From: Macrostomum lignano
Taxonomy: Eukaryota
Direction: 5' to 3'
DNA length: 64,000 nucleotides
Assembly: GCA_002269645.1 (NCBI GenBank)
Contig: NIVC01000168.1
Location: forward strand, 599,297 to 663,296
Shown: positions 1-13,100 of the stretch, in pieces
How positions within the stretch are numbered: the stretch's first letter is position 1
Layout of the letters: every line of letters starts with the position of its first letter
Program-made: the position numbers and the translations under genes
The notes under the pieces: generated by a model
What the model was told of the DNA's origin: nothing
The model's input: only the letters and a program-made list of their open reading frames with translations
The model's database searches: none

Positions 1-998
1 TGTCAATGAATCAAAATGAGTGTCAGTGAATCAAAATGAGTGACAGTGAATCAAAATGAGTGACAGTGAATCAAAATGAGTGTCAGTGAATCAAAATGAG
101 CGACAGTGAATCAAAATGAGTGTCAATGAATCAAAATGAGTGACAGTGAATCAAACTGAGTGACAGTGAATAAAAATGAACGACAGTAAATCAAAATGAG
201 TGACAGTGAATCAAACTGAGTGACAGTGAATCAAACTGAGCGACAGTGAATCAAAATGAGTGGCAGTGAATCAAAATGAGTGTCAGTGAATCAAAATGAG
301 TGTCACTGAATAAAAATGAGTGTCAGTGAATCAAAATGAGCGGCAGTGAATCAAAATGAGTGTCAGTGAATCAAAATGTGTATCAGTGAATCAAAATGAG
401 TGTCAGTGAATCAAAATGAGTGTCTGTGAATCAAAATGAGTGTCAGTGAATCAAAATGAGTGACAGTGAATCAAAATGAGTGACAGTGAATCAAAATGAG
501 TGACAGTGAATCAAACTGAGTGACAGTAAATCAAAATGAGTGACAGTAAATCAAACTGAGTGACAGTGAATAAAAATGAGCGACAGTAAATCAAAATGAG
601 TGACAGTGAATCAAACTGAGTGACAGTGAATCAAAATGAGTGTCTGTGAATCAAAATGAGTGTCAGTGAATCAAACTGAGTGACAGTGAATCAAAATGAG
701 TGTCTGTGAATCAAAATGAGTGTCAGTGAATCAAAATGAGCGACAGTGAACCAAATGAGCGACAGTGAATCAAAATGAGTGTCAGTGAATCAAAATGAGT
801 GTCTGTGAATCAAAATGAGTGTCAGTGAATCAAAATGAGCGACAGTGAACCAAATGAGCGACAGTGAATCAAAATGAGTGTCAGTGAATCAAAATGAGTG
901 TCTGTGAATCAAAATGAGTGTCAGTGAATCAAAATGAGCGACAGTGAATCAAACTGAGCGACAGTGAATCAAAATGAGTGTCAGTGAATCAAAATGAG
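1..998. repeat. 20-bp tandem repeat (TGTCAGTGAATCAAAATGAG)n, about 50 copies, runs off the window start
   Basis: Directly visible 20-bp periodicity with TGTC/TGAC/CGAC variants. Confidence 0.97.
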
Positions 999-2723
999 TA
1001 CCAGAGGGGTGCAAAATGAGGGAGAATGCGAGGCGCAGAACTTGCACTGAAAATCCATTTTTTCACGCTTCAATCTCGCTTAAAATCAAGCAGCCATTGT
1101 GCATTCGCGGCTTCTGTAGCCTGGGGACCAGCTCAGCCAGGGACACGAAGTTGAAAGTTTTGTAGCTTTAGCCGTTCATCATCAAGTGACCATTCAAAAT
1201 TAGCTCGTGAAAAGTCTCAGAAAAATTGCAAAGCGAATGTTTGCAATCGAAAATCGACAACACTCGAAAGCGCATCAATGCACATCAGTTTGATTAAAGA
1301 ACTGCTGCAACTCGGACTCGCTCAGCGAAGTGGCGGCGTGAGCAAACGCCTTGACGCAGCCCTTGAAGGATTCGTTCTTGACGATGAGCCAGTGGTGACC
1401 GAGGAAATGCCACAGAGTCTCATCTGCAGCCTCAATGTTACTGTTGACAGGCCTCTCTTCGATCAGGCCAGAGGGCCGGTCATTGAATGACAGCTTCAGC
1501 GAATCCGTCTCGGCGAGTGCGGCGACATCCACCCAGGACTCGTTGCCAGGGAGCGTCTCGCTGACCGTCTGGATGAAATATTGAGGCTGGGTCAGGCGAA
1601 GGGAAAACTCCGGTCACATTGCCTCGATGTGCTCTCACAGTTAGGCCAAGATTGTCCTATTGTTGATGCGCAGGACCTCAATTCGTGGTTGCAGCTGCGA
1701 TAGCGACTCTTGCTTCAAGCGCAGCAGCCAGGCGAACGGAGCCTTCAGACTGAACGGGCTGTCGAGAGTCACCTCCATCCTCATGAAGAGCCCCAGCTAG
1801 TCAAACTCGGTTTTATCTGCCCTAATGCCGAGCAGTCTTTGTCGAGTCCAGCAGGCTCACATGGTTCTCAAACTGTCTGGTTTGCTGGCTGGCAACTCAG
1901 ACGCCCTGGAATTCGGAGTTGAGTATCTGCAGATCCGCTGGAGTGACAGCAAAATGTGACGCATCTGTTGAGCGACGGAGCAGGTCAAGGAGCAGCAATT
2001 AACACTGGTAGATTTTCTTAGCTGAGGGGTACTGGACGAGACAGGCGCGGGTCTCCAGAACAACCCGAGCAGAAGCCGAGTGGATGCATTCGATGCCGCT
2101 GTGAGCGCCTGGCCCATTCTGGCATCCGACATCGGTGAACCGACGCTGCCAGACAACAGGGTCCTCGGATGTCACTTGTTGAAGACTACACATGTAAGCA
2201 GAGCGAACACGAGCCCATGGAGTTACCGCGGAGTCGAATGACAAATCCTAATTGATCGAGCATTCTACGAGCTAGGTTGGCGACAGTCCTCTCAGCAGAG
2301 TGGCAATTTAAATCTATGAGCTAGTTGAGAAACAACTCCACCTAAAGCTTTACTCCTTGCATAAACTTTGTGCTTCTAATAGGCATCTACGAATCTCCAA
2401 CGCACATTTATACCATAGCAGTGTTCATGGCCTCTCAAGGATGCGCTCAACAAGCAATCAAGAAACAATGAGCTGCAATTTTTACAGCTGGTATTAGCAA
2501 TTCGTAGCTCTGAGCACGAGCAAGAAGGTAAAATATTCCAGGATTTCGTATTACGAGAAACACACACTCACACACACACACACACTGTACGCTTCCATGC
2601 CGCGTATTTTTGCTTAAGAGGCTAAAAAACGAACTTTAAAATTGCATTTCGATAGCAATGGTCCTGTTGCTTTTTCATTGATGAGACAGAGATGGGAACG
2701 GCTGAAATTTTGTGACTCTCGGG

Positions 2724-3010
2724 GGGGGTATTGCTGAGATGTCAAGGCTGATGGGGGTATTGCTGAGATGTCAAGGCTGATGGGGGTATTGCTGAGATGT
2801 CAAGGCTGATGGGGGAATTGCTGAGATGTCAAGGCTGATGGGGATATTGCTGAGATGTCAAGGCTGATGGGGGAATTGCTGAGATGTCAAGGCTGATGGG
2901 GGTATTGCTGAGATGTCAAGGCTGATGGGGGTATTGCTGAGATGTCAAGGCTGATGGGGGAATTGCTGAGATGTCAAGGCTGATGGGGGTATTGCTGAGA
3001 TGTCAAGGCT
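2724..3010. repeat. 29-bp minisatellite (GGGGGTATTGCTGAGATGTCAAGGCTGAT)n, about 10 copies
   Basis: Direct periodicity. Confidence 0.95.
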
Positions 3011-4726
3011 TACGGGGAGAATTTTTGAGACGTCAAGGCTAATGCAGGAGTTGCTGAAATGCTGTGGCTCATGAGGGTTGCTCAGAGGCTTGGATTCCAA
3101 AGCTCACAGAGGATGCTGATATCTTAGGCTAGACAGCTGGCTTTCAGGGCGAATGTTTTTTGCTTTAAACGTCATTTTCTTAAGAAGCTAGCAAGGCATT
3201 GCACAAGGTCAGAACCTTACATGTAGTTATGCAAGAACTTTTATTTTTTTTCTTTGTTGCTTCTTCCGCGGAGGGGGGCGCAGCTTGCTAGTCCTATATA
3301 CTAAAACTTTTTGCCTAAAATTTCAGAGCTCGCTTTTGTATGTATGGTGGCTTTCCTAACTATTCCAATTTCATAGAGGGCAGAGCTTGGGGAGCTTCCT
3401 GATGGCTCATGCATTACACAGAAGCTGCCGAGCCACCAATCTTACTGATTGCTTTTCTGCGGAACTCGGGTCAGAGTGGCCGGTCTATCTATCTGCAACA
3501 ACAAAGTCAGTTCAGACTAATCAGCCTGGCCAGACTAATCAGAAGTCTTAATCCTTTTTATCGGCGTGTTCCGGCCGCGGGGAAGGCAAAGCGGGGAGTT
3601 GAGACTGTCTTAGAATTTTTTGAACTCTTTCCCCCAAAGTGCACTTTTTCATCGCCGAACAAAACGTCAAAATTCAAGCTCAAGTTCTAAGAGAAATTGA
3701 AACACAGCGTTGGCGAGACAAATGTTGCAAGTGCTCCCAGCATCGAAGTCGGAGGCGGATTTGCATCGACTGACAGCAACTGGGCTGAGGCTGAGGCACA
3801 TCCCAGGGGATTCAATGCGATTTTGCCAACAAAAATCGAAGGCAGACTCGGCCGCTGCTGCGGGAATGCAATTGCCAGGGGGAACAAGGAGTTGAACAGG
3901 AATCCAGGCGAGTAAGGTATAGGATAAGAAAAGCAGTTTGCGCACGAAAATCTTGGCATAAATTGATTTATTCCGCTAAAGTCACTGCGCGGCTCCGGCA
4001 GGCCAAATAAAAGCTAGAAATAGAGTCAGAGAGGATGGAAGGCGCCATTAGTGCATTCCATTTCCAAGAATGCAATTGCTCCCGACCAGTTTATGAGGAA
4101 GAATTCCCTGAACTAGCAGAGCGCGCGCCGCAGCTCGAATATTAACAGTGCTATAGCGGTCAGCGAGGACTCAGCTGGCGCAGCCGGGCAATCTCAGGTC
4201 GGAGATGCCCCGACATCATTTGTCGCTGATTTTCAACGTCCAAATGGGGGAACGGGCAGCAAAACACTTCTAATACTAATGGAGTGCGACCGAATCCCTT
4301 CGGGGAGTTGAAGTGGCCGAGCGTCCTCTCCACCCCCGAGCCGGACCAAGTCGTGACCGAGAGGAGCTGCCGAACTCCCTACACGGCCTTTCTAATTTAA
4401 CTGTGCAGGCCGATGACGTGCCACACTCTCACCTGGCATCCAGACGGAGAGGCGCGAGACAGAAAATAATTAAGTTCTGTCATTCAACTTTTTTGGGTCT
4501 CGAAAGAAAGTTCTTCTAACTCTAAAAAATCGGCAAACGACATTGCGGGTGATAAATCTGTAGCTTATTAATATTGTTTCATTTAGTCAATGGAATAATC
4601 ACCGCAGTTTTGATCAGTTTAATCAAGAGTATTGATAGAAAATCATCGATTTATCAAATTCGAATTCGCGCGATTCGTCCAATCAGAAACTTTGAGAGTT
4701 TAAAGTTCAATTTGCTCATCCAGGAT

Positions 4727-7587
4727 TTAACGGGTCAGCAGGGTCGACAGCAAGGCTCCGAGCAGTGCAGCCATCGACAGTTGCAGCCACGTGGCTCCGG
4801 CCAACCTGCCAGACGAACCGGAAGTCGTGGTTTGCGGTGGCGGCGCGGTGGTCGATGGCGGCGCCGTGGTCGAGGTGTACCAGTCATCGCCGGGACACTC
4901 AGAGCTCCACGTCAGAGGCTCGCTGCTATTCTTGTTCGCTTCAGTCAGGAAGTCGAACAGCGGCCCGAAGTACCTGATCAGGGGCGCGGCGCTGACCTCC
5001 CGAGTGCCAGTCAGCTCCTCCAGCGTGTCCTCCCAGTGCTTGGAGGAGCCGGCGGACAGCATTTTCCTGTTCAATGCAGGCGGTAGAGTTGCCCAATGTC
5101 AGGGAAGGAATGGTTTCTATAAATTGGAAGGCCTCGAGTACGAGGTGGTGCTGAGTTTGCTGGGCAGTGACGGTGGGCAAGGCTCAGACTCACTTAAGCG
5201 CGTCGCCGGCCTCCTTGCTCTGGTAAAAGTCGCACTTGTAAAGCGGGCCGGTATGACCGGACTTGTTGCACAGCGCCTCGTAGAACTGGAACTGCAGGAA
5301 GTGGCTGACAAAGTAGCGAATGTAGGGCGTGTTTCCGGGCACGTGGTACTTGGCTCCGGGGTCAAAGTCATCTTCGCTGCGCGGCACGGGGCTGGAGATG
5401 CCCTGCAGGTCGCAACGCAGCTTCCACCACGCCGAGTTGTACTGCTGAGGCGTCACTTCGCCTTTGAAGACGCTCCAGCGCCACTTGTCGATGAGGTATC
5501 CGAACGGGATGAACGCCAGCTTTTTCAGCGCCATGAGGAACATGTAGTTCACGTAGTACTCGTTGGAATCAATGGTGGAGTTGAGCAGACCAATCTTCAC
5601 CAGGTGCTCGGGGGTCATCACCGCCAGCTCGATCGTGTCGCCAACGGCCTCGTGGAATCCGGGGTTGGCGCCGTCCCTGAACGGCACTGGCTGCTTCTCG
5701 TACTGCATGAAGTACTGGATGTGCCCCATCTCGTGGTGCGTGGTGGCCAGATACGGCAGGGTGACACTGGTGCACTGCTTGACCCGGAAGTCACCCTCGT
5801 TGGTGTAGAAGTCCCATGCGGAGGCGTGGCAGTTCATTTCAACGTTTGGCAGTCGATCCATGACCGTCTTGGCCCAGAATTTGTCCGTCATATTGCCCAG
5901 GCCAAGGCTAGCAAAGAACTCTTCGCTCACTCGGAACATCGTTGTAGAATTCCAGCCCTAAAATTCGGGGCAGAGACGCCGTCAGTCTGTATGGGCCGTA
6001 CGTTATGGAACAAATTACTTGTAGTACATCTTCCCTAAATTTCACATCCTTAGGTAGTGGTTTTTAGAAATTTTTGACTTGTCTTCATTGCAACTCCAAG
6101 CTAACGCCAAGAGCCTCACTTCTAGGAAAGTCGCGAGCAGCTGCAGGGTTACAGCTGAGTCACGAGCTAGAATACGAATAGCGAATGCAAACCTTTCGCA
6201 GCATCTCCTTGGTGATGTCGACAGTCCAGGATTCCGGATAAGGCATGGTCAGATGGTCCACGTTAGCCCAGCTCTGGGCCCACATGTTGCCGAGGATGTG
6301 CGCCGGCAGGTGATTTGTGAGCGGAAAAATTTCGGAGCCGAAGTGAGGCCTGAGCTTGCTGCGCACGTAGGCGTGAAGCAGGCTGTAGTAGGGCTTGAAC
6401 TCCGTCCACAGCTTTTCCATCGTCTGCTCGAAGTCGCTAGTGGGCTCGTACCAGGACTGCCAGTACTCTGCCAGGTTTGCGTAGCCAGCCTCCCGGATCA
6501 TCGCGTTGCCAAGCTGGACGAACTCTTCGTAATCATTCTTCATCTTCTTGCCCGACTCATCGCGCCAGCCAACCCAGAAGTCGCGCTTGACCAACTGCGA
6601 GACATCCGGGTCAGCCATGGCCGCAACGATGTCTGTGGGGGGATTTCACAATACAGTCACCCTATTATCTGGATTAGAACCAAGGCTAATCCGTTTCACA
6701 GATGCTGTACTCACAAATTAATAATATTTGAAAACAGAGCTCAGGTTAATGCCGTTGCTAGGCAATGTCTCTTGACGGAAAAAATAAGGAGGTCAAATAT
6801 GCCACTATCCATCTTTCTTTTCTAAGACCACAGCAGACTTACTGGGCTCCAGGGGCACCATTTCGCCACTGCGAGGATCCTTCACTTTCGCTGTGTTGTA
6901 GAACGTAGCCAGTCGAGTTTTGACGCTGCTGTACTGCATTTGTGCGATAGAGACAGAGAGAGAGGAAGAGGGAGCAGTAATTGATTTGCTAGCAAATTCA
7001 TTTTTCACAAAAGATCAGCAGTTTCCGTGTTTGAATATCCGTTTAAATTTCCGCTACCTACCGGTATACCCAGTCATGACTCTGTTTACTTTACTCGATT
7101 TTCTTAGAAATAAGTTGGCGGACGGTAAGGACTTTGTCTATGGCAAAACCTCACTGCTAGGCGTTCTCTGGAGCTTCTCTGCAGCCTTCCCTCCCGTTGA
7201 ACATTCAACTGCGAGCCTCACCAGCTCCTGCATGGTCGCATTCGCCACAGACGTTCCGATGTCATCCGACTTGCTGAACAGTCGCGTCAGGTTTTTGTCG
7301 GTGAAATTTCTCCAAGCAAATTGTTGCATTTCGGTGCGCTTCAGCTTGAGAAACTCCGTCAGCTTGAGCTCGGCCTCAACCCGTTTGCGCGAGTTCTCAT
7401 CAGTGATGTTCACGGCGTAGTTCCAGCCGGCCTCCACAGCCAGGTTCCTCTGCACCGCCAGGTCTGAGTTGAACTGCTCAAACCATTGCCTAGCTGCTGT
7501 CTCGTTTGTACTGCCACTGGCATGGCAACAGCCTAGCAACAGCACTAGCAGCAGCGGCACAGCCAACAGGTTGCTAAGAGTCCGCAT
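4727..7587 (-). CDS. ACE: Angiotensin-converting enzyme-like peptidyl-dipeptidase (M2 family), single catalytic domain, about 666 aa, 5 exons
   Basis: Exons 7587-7222, 6933-6843, 6632-6193, 5957-5194 and 5066-4727 have GT-AG junctions and consistent phases (total 2001 nt). Signal peptide MRTLSNLLAVPLLLVLLLGCCHA; HEMGH zinc motif at 5735-5721; GFHEAVGD; FDPGAKYHV; LPAHILGNMWAQSW. Confidence 0.96.
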
Positions 7588-8769
7588 ATTCGCAAGGCAC
7601 ACTGCAAGGCAGCTACTGAATCAGGCTCGAGTAGACTAAGCGGTCAAGTGCATCCAGTTAAAAATGGATTTCCTTATCGGCCGGGCGACAGCTCCGGGCA
7701 GGCAAATTCGCCATCGAGTTGCGATAAGAAGGAAGGTTCAGCGGCTTACAAGGCTTTGCTCAACTCGGCCTTGAGGCGAACGATGGCACCTGGGAACGCC
7801 CCAAAGCCGATAGAGCTTATCGGGCTTATCGGCAGGTCTTGCGGCAACGAAGATTATGTGCAGCACGTCTCTGAGCTGTGCTTGTTTGAACATTGAACAG
7901 ATTTGTCCGCCTCAATCTGTTTTTCTTGTGAACTGGCTATCTCGCCAAACTGCTGGTTGAATTAAAATGGCGGGAGGCAGGTAAATGCTGGTTGCAGTCT
8001 GCGGCACTCGAAGCATTGCAGTTTTTTACCTCGCTCCGGCAGTCAGCTGGCGCTTTTGCTATGAAGTTAAGGGACAAAGAATGTAGCAGTCAGCTTGCAG
8101 TCTCTGCTCTCAAGCCCGCCCACAGAGAGGCTGCAGTATATTTAGCCCATACAATAGGACTCAAAAAGCAAGCACATTGTGGAATTAACATTTCAATGCA
8201 CACGCATTGGCAAAAGAAATTAGCAGACTCAGCTTCATCAGAACTACCTTTGCTAAATAATAGAATCAATTGTTTTCATGCATAGAATTCACGCAATAGT
8301 GCAAGCAGCTAGGCAAAAAGACGTACACATGAAAAGGATCACAAATATGCATTACAGACACCCATAGAGTGCAGAACTCACAGGAAGATAATATATGACT
8401 GATAAGACTCCTGATTTTCCAAAAGGAGATAAATTAAAACTTTCTGTCGAAGCGACAAGACTTCTGAAGCGTGAGACTTGTGCGCAATTTCACGACACTG
8501 TCGTGCAACTATCGACTGTACTTTAGCTACTTATCACAATATTCCAGTGTAAGATTAGTATAGTGTAATTAGACAGGTTAAAAAGTTACAAGAAATGACG
8601 GGACACAGCAGGACCCAATGAACAGAGCTCTCTGGTGGTGCGACTTGCAGCTTGAAATGTTCGGCTGGGACAGCCAGGCCCGTGGATCTGCCGCTCCCCA
8701 GCCAGCGAGAACCAATGTCAGTTTTCTGCCCTCGACTCGCTGCGCCTCCCAGAACACCATGCAGCAGCT

Positions 8770-11700
8770 TCACTCGAACCGCATCAGCAACAGCTGTCTG
8801 CGCTTCTGTTCCTCTGTTACTCCGAGCGGCTCGTCCGACAGCTCCACCTCGTCAGCTGCCTCCTCCGTCTTGCGGTTGTTCATCGGCTCCAGGCGAATCT
8901 CGTCAGTTTGAAATCGGAGGCTGCGCTGGGCAGCTGGCTTCGGCTGCTGCAGCTTCTTTCTGCGCGGCGGCCGGCCCAGAGCCAGCGCCATGTTCCGCCG
9001 GAAATTGGCGCTCCACACGCAGTAGATGAAGAAGTTCACGGCCGAGTTCAGTAGAGTGAGCAGCGAGCCAATCGAGTAGAAGTACGAGTAGAACCAGTTG
9101 CCCTTCTCAAAGTTGGTGTCGAGCAGCAGCTGCCAGACCGCGCCGGGCAGCTCGGTAGCCACAAATACGGCGATTATGACCACCAGCATCTTCGTGTCCT
9201 CAGTCCGTCGTGTCGCCTCCCGCGTGATGGTGGCTCGAATCCGGGACGCCACCAGCAGGCTGCGGATCAGCAGTGCGTTGAACACCAGCAGCCAGAGCAC
9301 CGGGCCGAGTGACAGGAAGATAAAGTGCATCAGCTTCTTGTACACCAGCATGTACACATAGCCAAGACGCTCCGGCTGGGCTTGGCTGACGTTCAGCGGC
9401 AGGCAGCGGTGCGGCACAACAGTGTACTCCAGCAGTAGCGGCAGGTTGTACAGCAGCGAGGCGGCCGACACGGAGATGCAGTAAATCCGGGACCTGCGCG
9501 GGTTGCTGCGACGGCCAGACATAAATGGATTCTGCACCACGGTGTAGCGGTCCAGAGCGACGATCAGGATGATCCAATTGCGGGCGGTCCGGGCGGCGCT
9601 GCCGAGGTACCAGACGGCCGGCAGGGCAACCTGGATGGCCGGGCTGGCGTTCAGCAGTGTCTGCAGCTGGACTCCAGCGCTGTCGCGGACCAGCACGCCG
9701 AGGCCCATATAGACCACGATGTAGGGCGCCGACAGACCGATGAACACCGTGTCGACTGCGGGCATCAGAGGTGGAGAGTTGGGGTGGGATCGAGGTTGGA
9801 GGAGGTTGACGACGCCCCGAGTTTGAAAATCTCTGCAGACTTAAGAAATTTCGCACGAGACCACCCCATGGAAACCCATTGTAGAAGTTTCCTCACGTAC
9901 TCAGAACCGGCTTACACACCCCAAGACAGCCCTTTGCAGCTCAAAACACACTCATCTCGCACATGTACATACACATGACGCACTGAAGTCCCTCGACTCT
10001 TCTAGAATCTCTCCATTCAAGCACAATAATTATTCGTTTTCTTCTTTACCACCCATTCATGCACCAGCTTCCTCCACCACTGATTGTCCTTCGCTGCTCT
10101 TCTTAACCTCTCCATCGTCCATCCGGTCCATTCCTTCAGGTCATCTTCCTCCTGATGTCCGTAATATTTGAGCTTTCTCCGCTTGATGATCTCATCCATA
10201 GATACTGGTTCCTTTCCCAATGCCTCCTTAACAACAAAATACACGGTCAGCGTCACAGGCCGCGCCTCAGGGCCAGGTCGCGAACGAACGCGTGCGCCGG
10301 CGTCAGCCAGCAGGCAGTCGACGAAACGCCGAGTGCGGCCTGTCCTTAACTTTTCTCCAAACCCGGGAATTTGTTTCTTTCTTTTCCCATGTAATCCTTA
10401 GCATTCTTCTGTAATATTTCATTTCAAACGCTTTGAGATGGATAATTAGCCGGCGGCAATCAACGGAACAGCTTGAGACGTCACGGAGCGCAGCTGACCA
10501 GCGAGCTGCATTTGAATTCCTAGAGCTTCCCGCCCTAAGCAAGATCAGGTGTTTTCCCGAGCACAGATTAGCTTCACATAATTGTGGTTGCTGTGCTTCT
10601 GCCTGCTCAATTTGGTACACAGAGCAGCTCTCCAGCTGGCTTCCTGTGCAACAGAACCTCTCGCACTCGCACCAACCCAGTAATTATTCGCCAGCTTGGC
10701 CGGCACAACTACAGCCAGGCCTTCATTTCCTGCGTCAGCGAATGACTGAGCGACTTGCGAACCAAACCGGACTTGGCAACGCTCAACTGGCTCGTAATGT
10801 CCTGCCTAGTTTAGTTGTCAATCCTAAGCTAAAAAATCCCCAAAGGGGACAGATGAAAAAGCTTTCTGCTTGCTTTTTTTCGTTTCACAAAAAGTTTTCA
10901 GGTCACACGATTAGTTTTCTGGTAATAGAAATGAAATAATACTACTTAAACAAACTTTACAAGAAGGACTGTAGGCTTGGTTGCAGTGAGTGTAGGTTTG
11001 GTTGCAATGAGTGTAGGTTTGGTTGCAGTGAGTGTAGGTTTGGTTGCAATGAGTGTAGGTTTGGTTGCAGTGAGTGTAGGTTTGGTTGCAGTGAGTGTAC
11101 CAGGTAGGTTTGGTTGCAGTGACTGTAGGTTTGGTTGCAGTGACTGTAGGTTTGGTTGCAGTGAGTGTAGGTTTGGTTGCAGTGAGTGTAGGTTTGGTTG
11201 CAATGAGTGTAGGTTTGGTTGCAGTGAGTGTAGGTTTGGTTGCAGTGAGTGTAGATTTGGTTGCAGTGAGTGTAGGTTTGGTTGCAATGAGTGTAGGTTT
11301 GGTTGCAGTGAGTGTAGGTTTGGTTGCCAGGAGCAGGGGCTGCAAGGGGCGGGGGTTGCCAGGAGCAGGGGTTGCAAGGGTCGGGGGTTGCCAGGAGCAG
11401 GGGTTGCAAGGGGCGGGGGTTGCCAGGAGCAGGGGTTGCAAGGGGCGGGGGTTGCCAGGAGCAGGGGTTGCAAGGGGCGGGGGTTGCCAGGAGCAGGGGT
11501 TGCAAGGGGCGGGGGTTGCCAGGAGCAGGGGTTGCAAGGGGCAGGGGTTGCCAGAAGCAGGGGTTGCAAGAGGCGGCGGTTGCAAGGGGCGGGGGTTGCC
11601 AGGAGCAGGGGTTGCAAGGGGCGGGGGTTGCCAGGAGCAGGGGTTGCAAGGGGCGGGGGTTGCCAGGAGCAGGGGTTGCAAGGGGCAGGGGTTGCCAGAA

Positions 11701-12068
11701 GCAGGGGTTGCAAGAGGCGGCGGTTGCAAGGGGCGGGGGTTGCCAGGAGCAGGGGTTGCAAGGGGCGGGGGTTGCCAGGAGCAGGGGTTGCAAGGGGCGG
11801 GGGTTGCCAGGAGCAGGGGTTGCAAGGCCTACTTACAGGTGGACAGCGCCAACAGCAGGACGCTCATTGAGGACTTTCCGATGTCCCGCTTCAGCACCAG
11901 AACGGAGAGCGAGTTGAGCACCAGGCCCATCACAAAGATCAGGGAGGACAGGATGACGTCAGTCAGGAGAATGAACCGCTTCTCGAAGGCGTTGAAGTGG
12001 TCAGCCAGACAGGACCCGTTCACCTCGCTGTCATTCAGCGCCAGCAGAGAAATGTTGCTCGAATTCAT
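8770..12068 (-). CDS. Class A GPCR, FMRFamide/myosuppressin/sex-peptide-receptor-like neuropeptide receptor, about 405 aa, 2 coding exons
   Basis: Exon 12068-11837 (MNSSNIS, TM1, LLLALST; donor GTAAGT) joins in phase 1 to exon 9755-8770 (acceptor cccgcag), giving LLLALSTFDTVF. Motifs ALDRY, FVATELP and LNSAVNFFIY; seven hydrophobic segments. Confidence 0.9.
10020..10440 (-). mobile_element. Decayed 3' fragment of an RTE/BovB-like LINE (family B) inside the GPCR intron
   Basis: AFEMKYYRRMLRITWEKKETNSRVWRKVK...EALGKEPVSMDEIIKRRKLKYYGH...EWTGWTMERLRRAAKDNQWWRKLVH matches the RTE C-terminal region; split by a second LINE insertion. Confidence 0.8.
10233..10342 (-). mobile_element. 110-bp 5'-truncated copy of RTE family A inserted in RTE family B
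   Basis: Homologous to the ORF end and 3'UTR of the copies at 17399 and 50883; short TGTTGTT tail; 8-bp TSD TCCTTAAC at 10225-10232 and 10343-10350. Confidence 0.85.
10975..11325. repeat. 21-bp minisatellite (GGTTTGGTTGCAGTGAGTGTA)n in the GPCR intron
   Basis: Direct periodicity. Confidence 0.95.
11320..11826. repeat. About 32-bp G-rich minisatellite (GCCAGGAGCAGGGGTTGCAAGGGGCGGGGGTT)n ending about 10 bp from the GPCR splice donor
   Basis: Direct periodicity; source of several repetitive ORFs in the track. Confidence 0.95.
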
Positions 12069-12339
12069 TATGCAGTTTGGCTTCCACTGCAATGTCAGGC
12101 GGAGCTTCTTGCCGGGCCAAGGCCGGGGGGTATTTCTAGTGGGAAGCCGAGAGCGGCAGGCTGGCCAGGGAAGGGGAGTCCAGCCAATGGGAAATGAGAG
12201 AAACAGAACAGGGAATGAGAGGCCAGGGCACGCCTGCTTGGAATATGTCTGAAAAGTCTATCTATCTATGTTGACGAAAACCGAAACTGATGGGAGCGCT
12301 AGAGAGAGAGGGAGGGGGATGCTGCAATGCATTGTCCTT

Positions 12340-12470
12340 TGCCCGCCCTTCTTATTGTACCCGTGCGCTGCATTCAGCATCTGGATTGAGGATGGAAGAT
12401 TCGCTGTCTGAAAATCAATAGTTACTCTCCCTGTATATAAATATTCCATAGCAGATATACAGCAGGTTTG
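12340..12470 (-). pseudogene. Isolated BTB/POZ-domain-like coding remnant
   Basis: AMEYLYTGRVTIDFQTANLPSSIQMLNAAHGY resembles the BTB C-terminal half (LxYLYTGxxxI...LLxAAxxY); no other exons found. Confidence 0.4.
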
Positions 12471-12511
12471 CAGGATACTCAACCAGAAATACAGCGAGAG
12501 GAAGGAAAGGA

Positions 12512-13100
<589 letters not shown>

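Noticed and set aside
4791-6038. 415-aa plus-strand ORF
   Set aside because: Antisense shadow of the GC3-rich ACE exons; no recognisable motifs
9756-9840. Upstream acceptors that would lengthen GPCR exon 2
   Set aside because: The acceptor at 9756 gives the canonical LALSTFDTVF TM2 motif; upstream sites insert a Pro-rich stretch or break phase
10911-12252. Multiple 200-385-aa repetitive ORFs
   Set aside because: Translations of intronic minisatellites; the same applies to ORFs at 12468-13250, 14406-14957, 41610-43959, 45375-45961, 47013-47865 and 60007-61060
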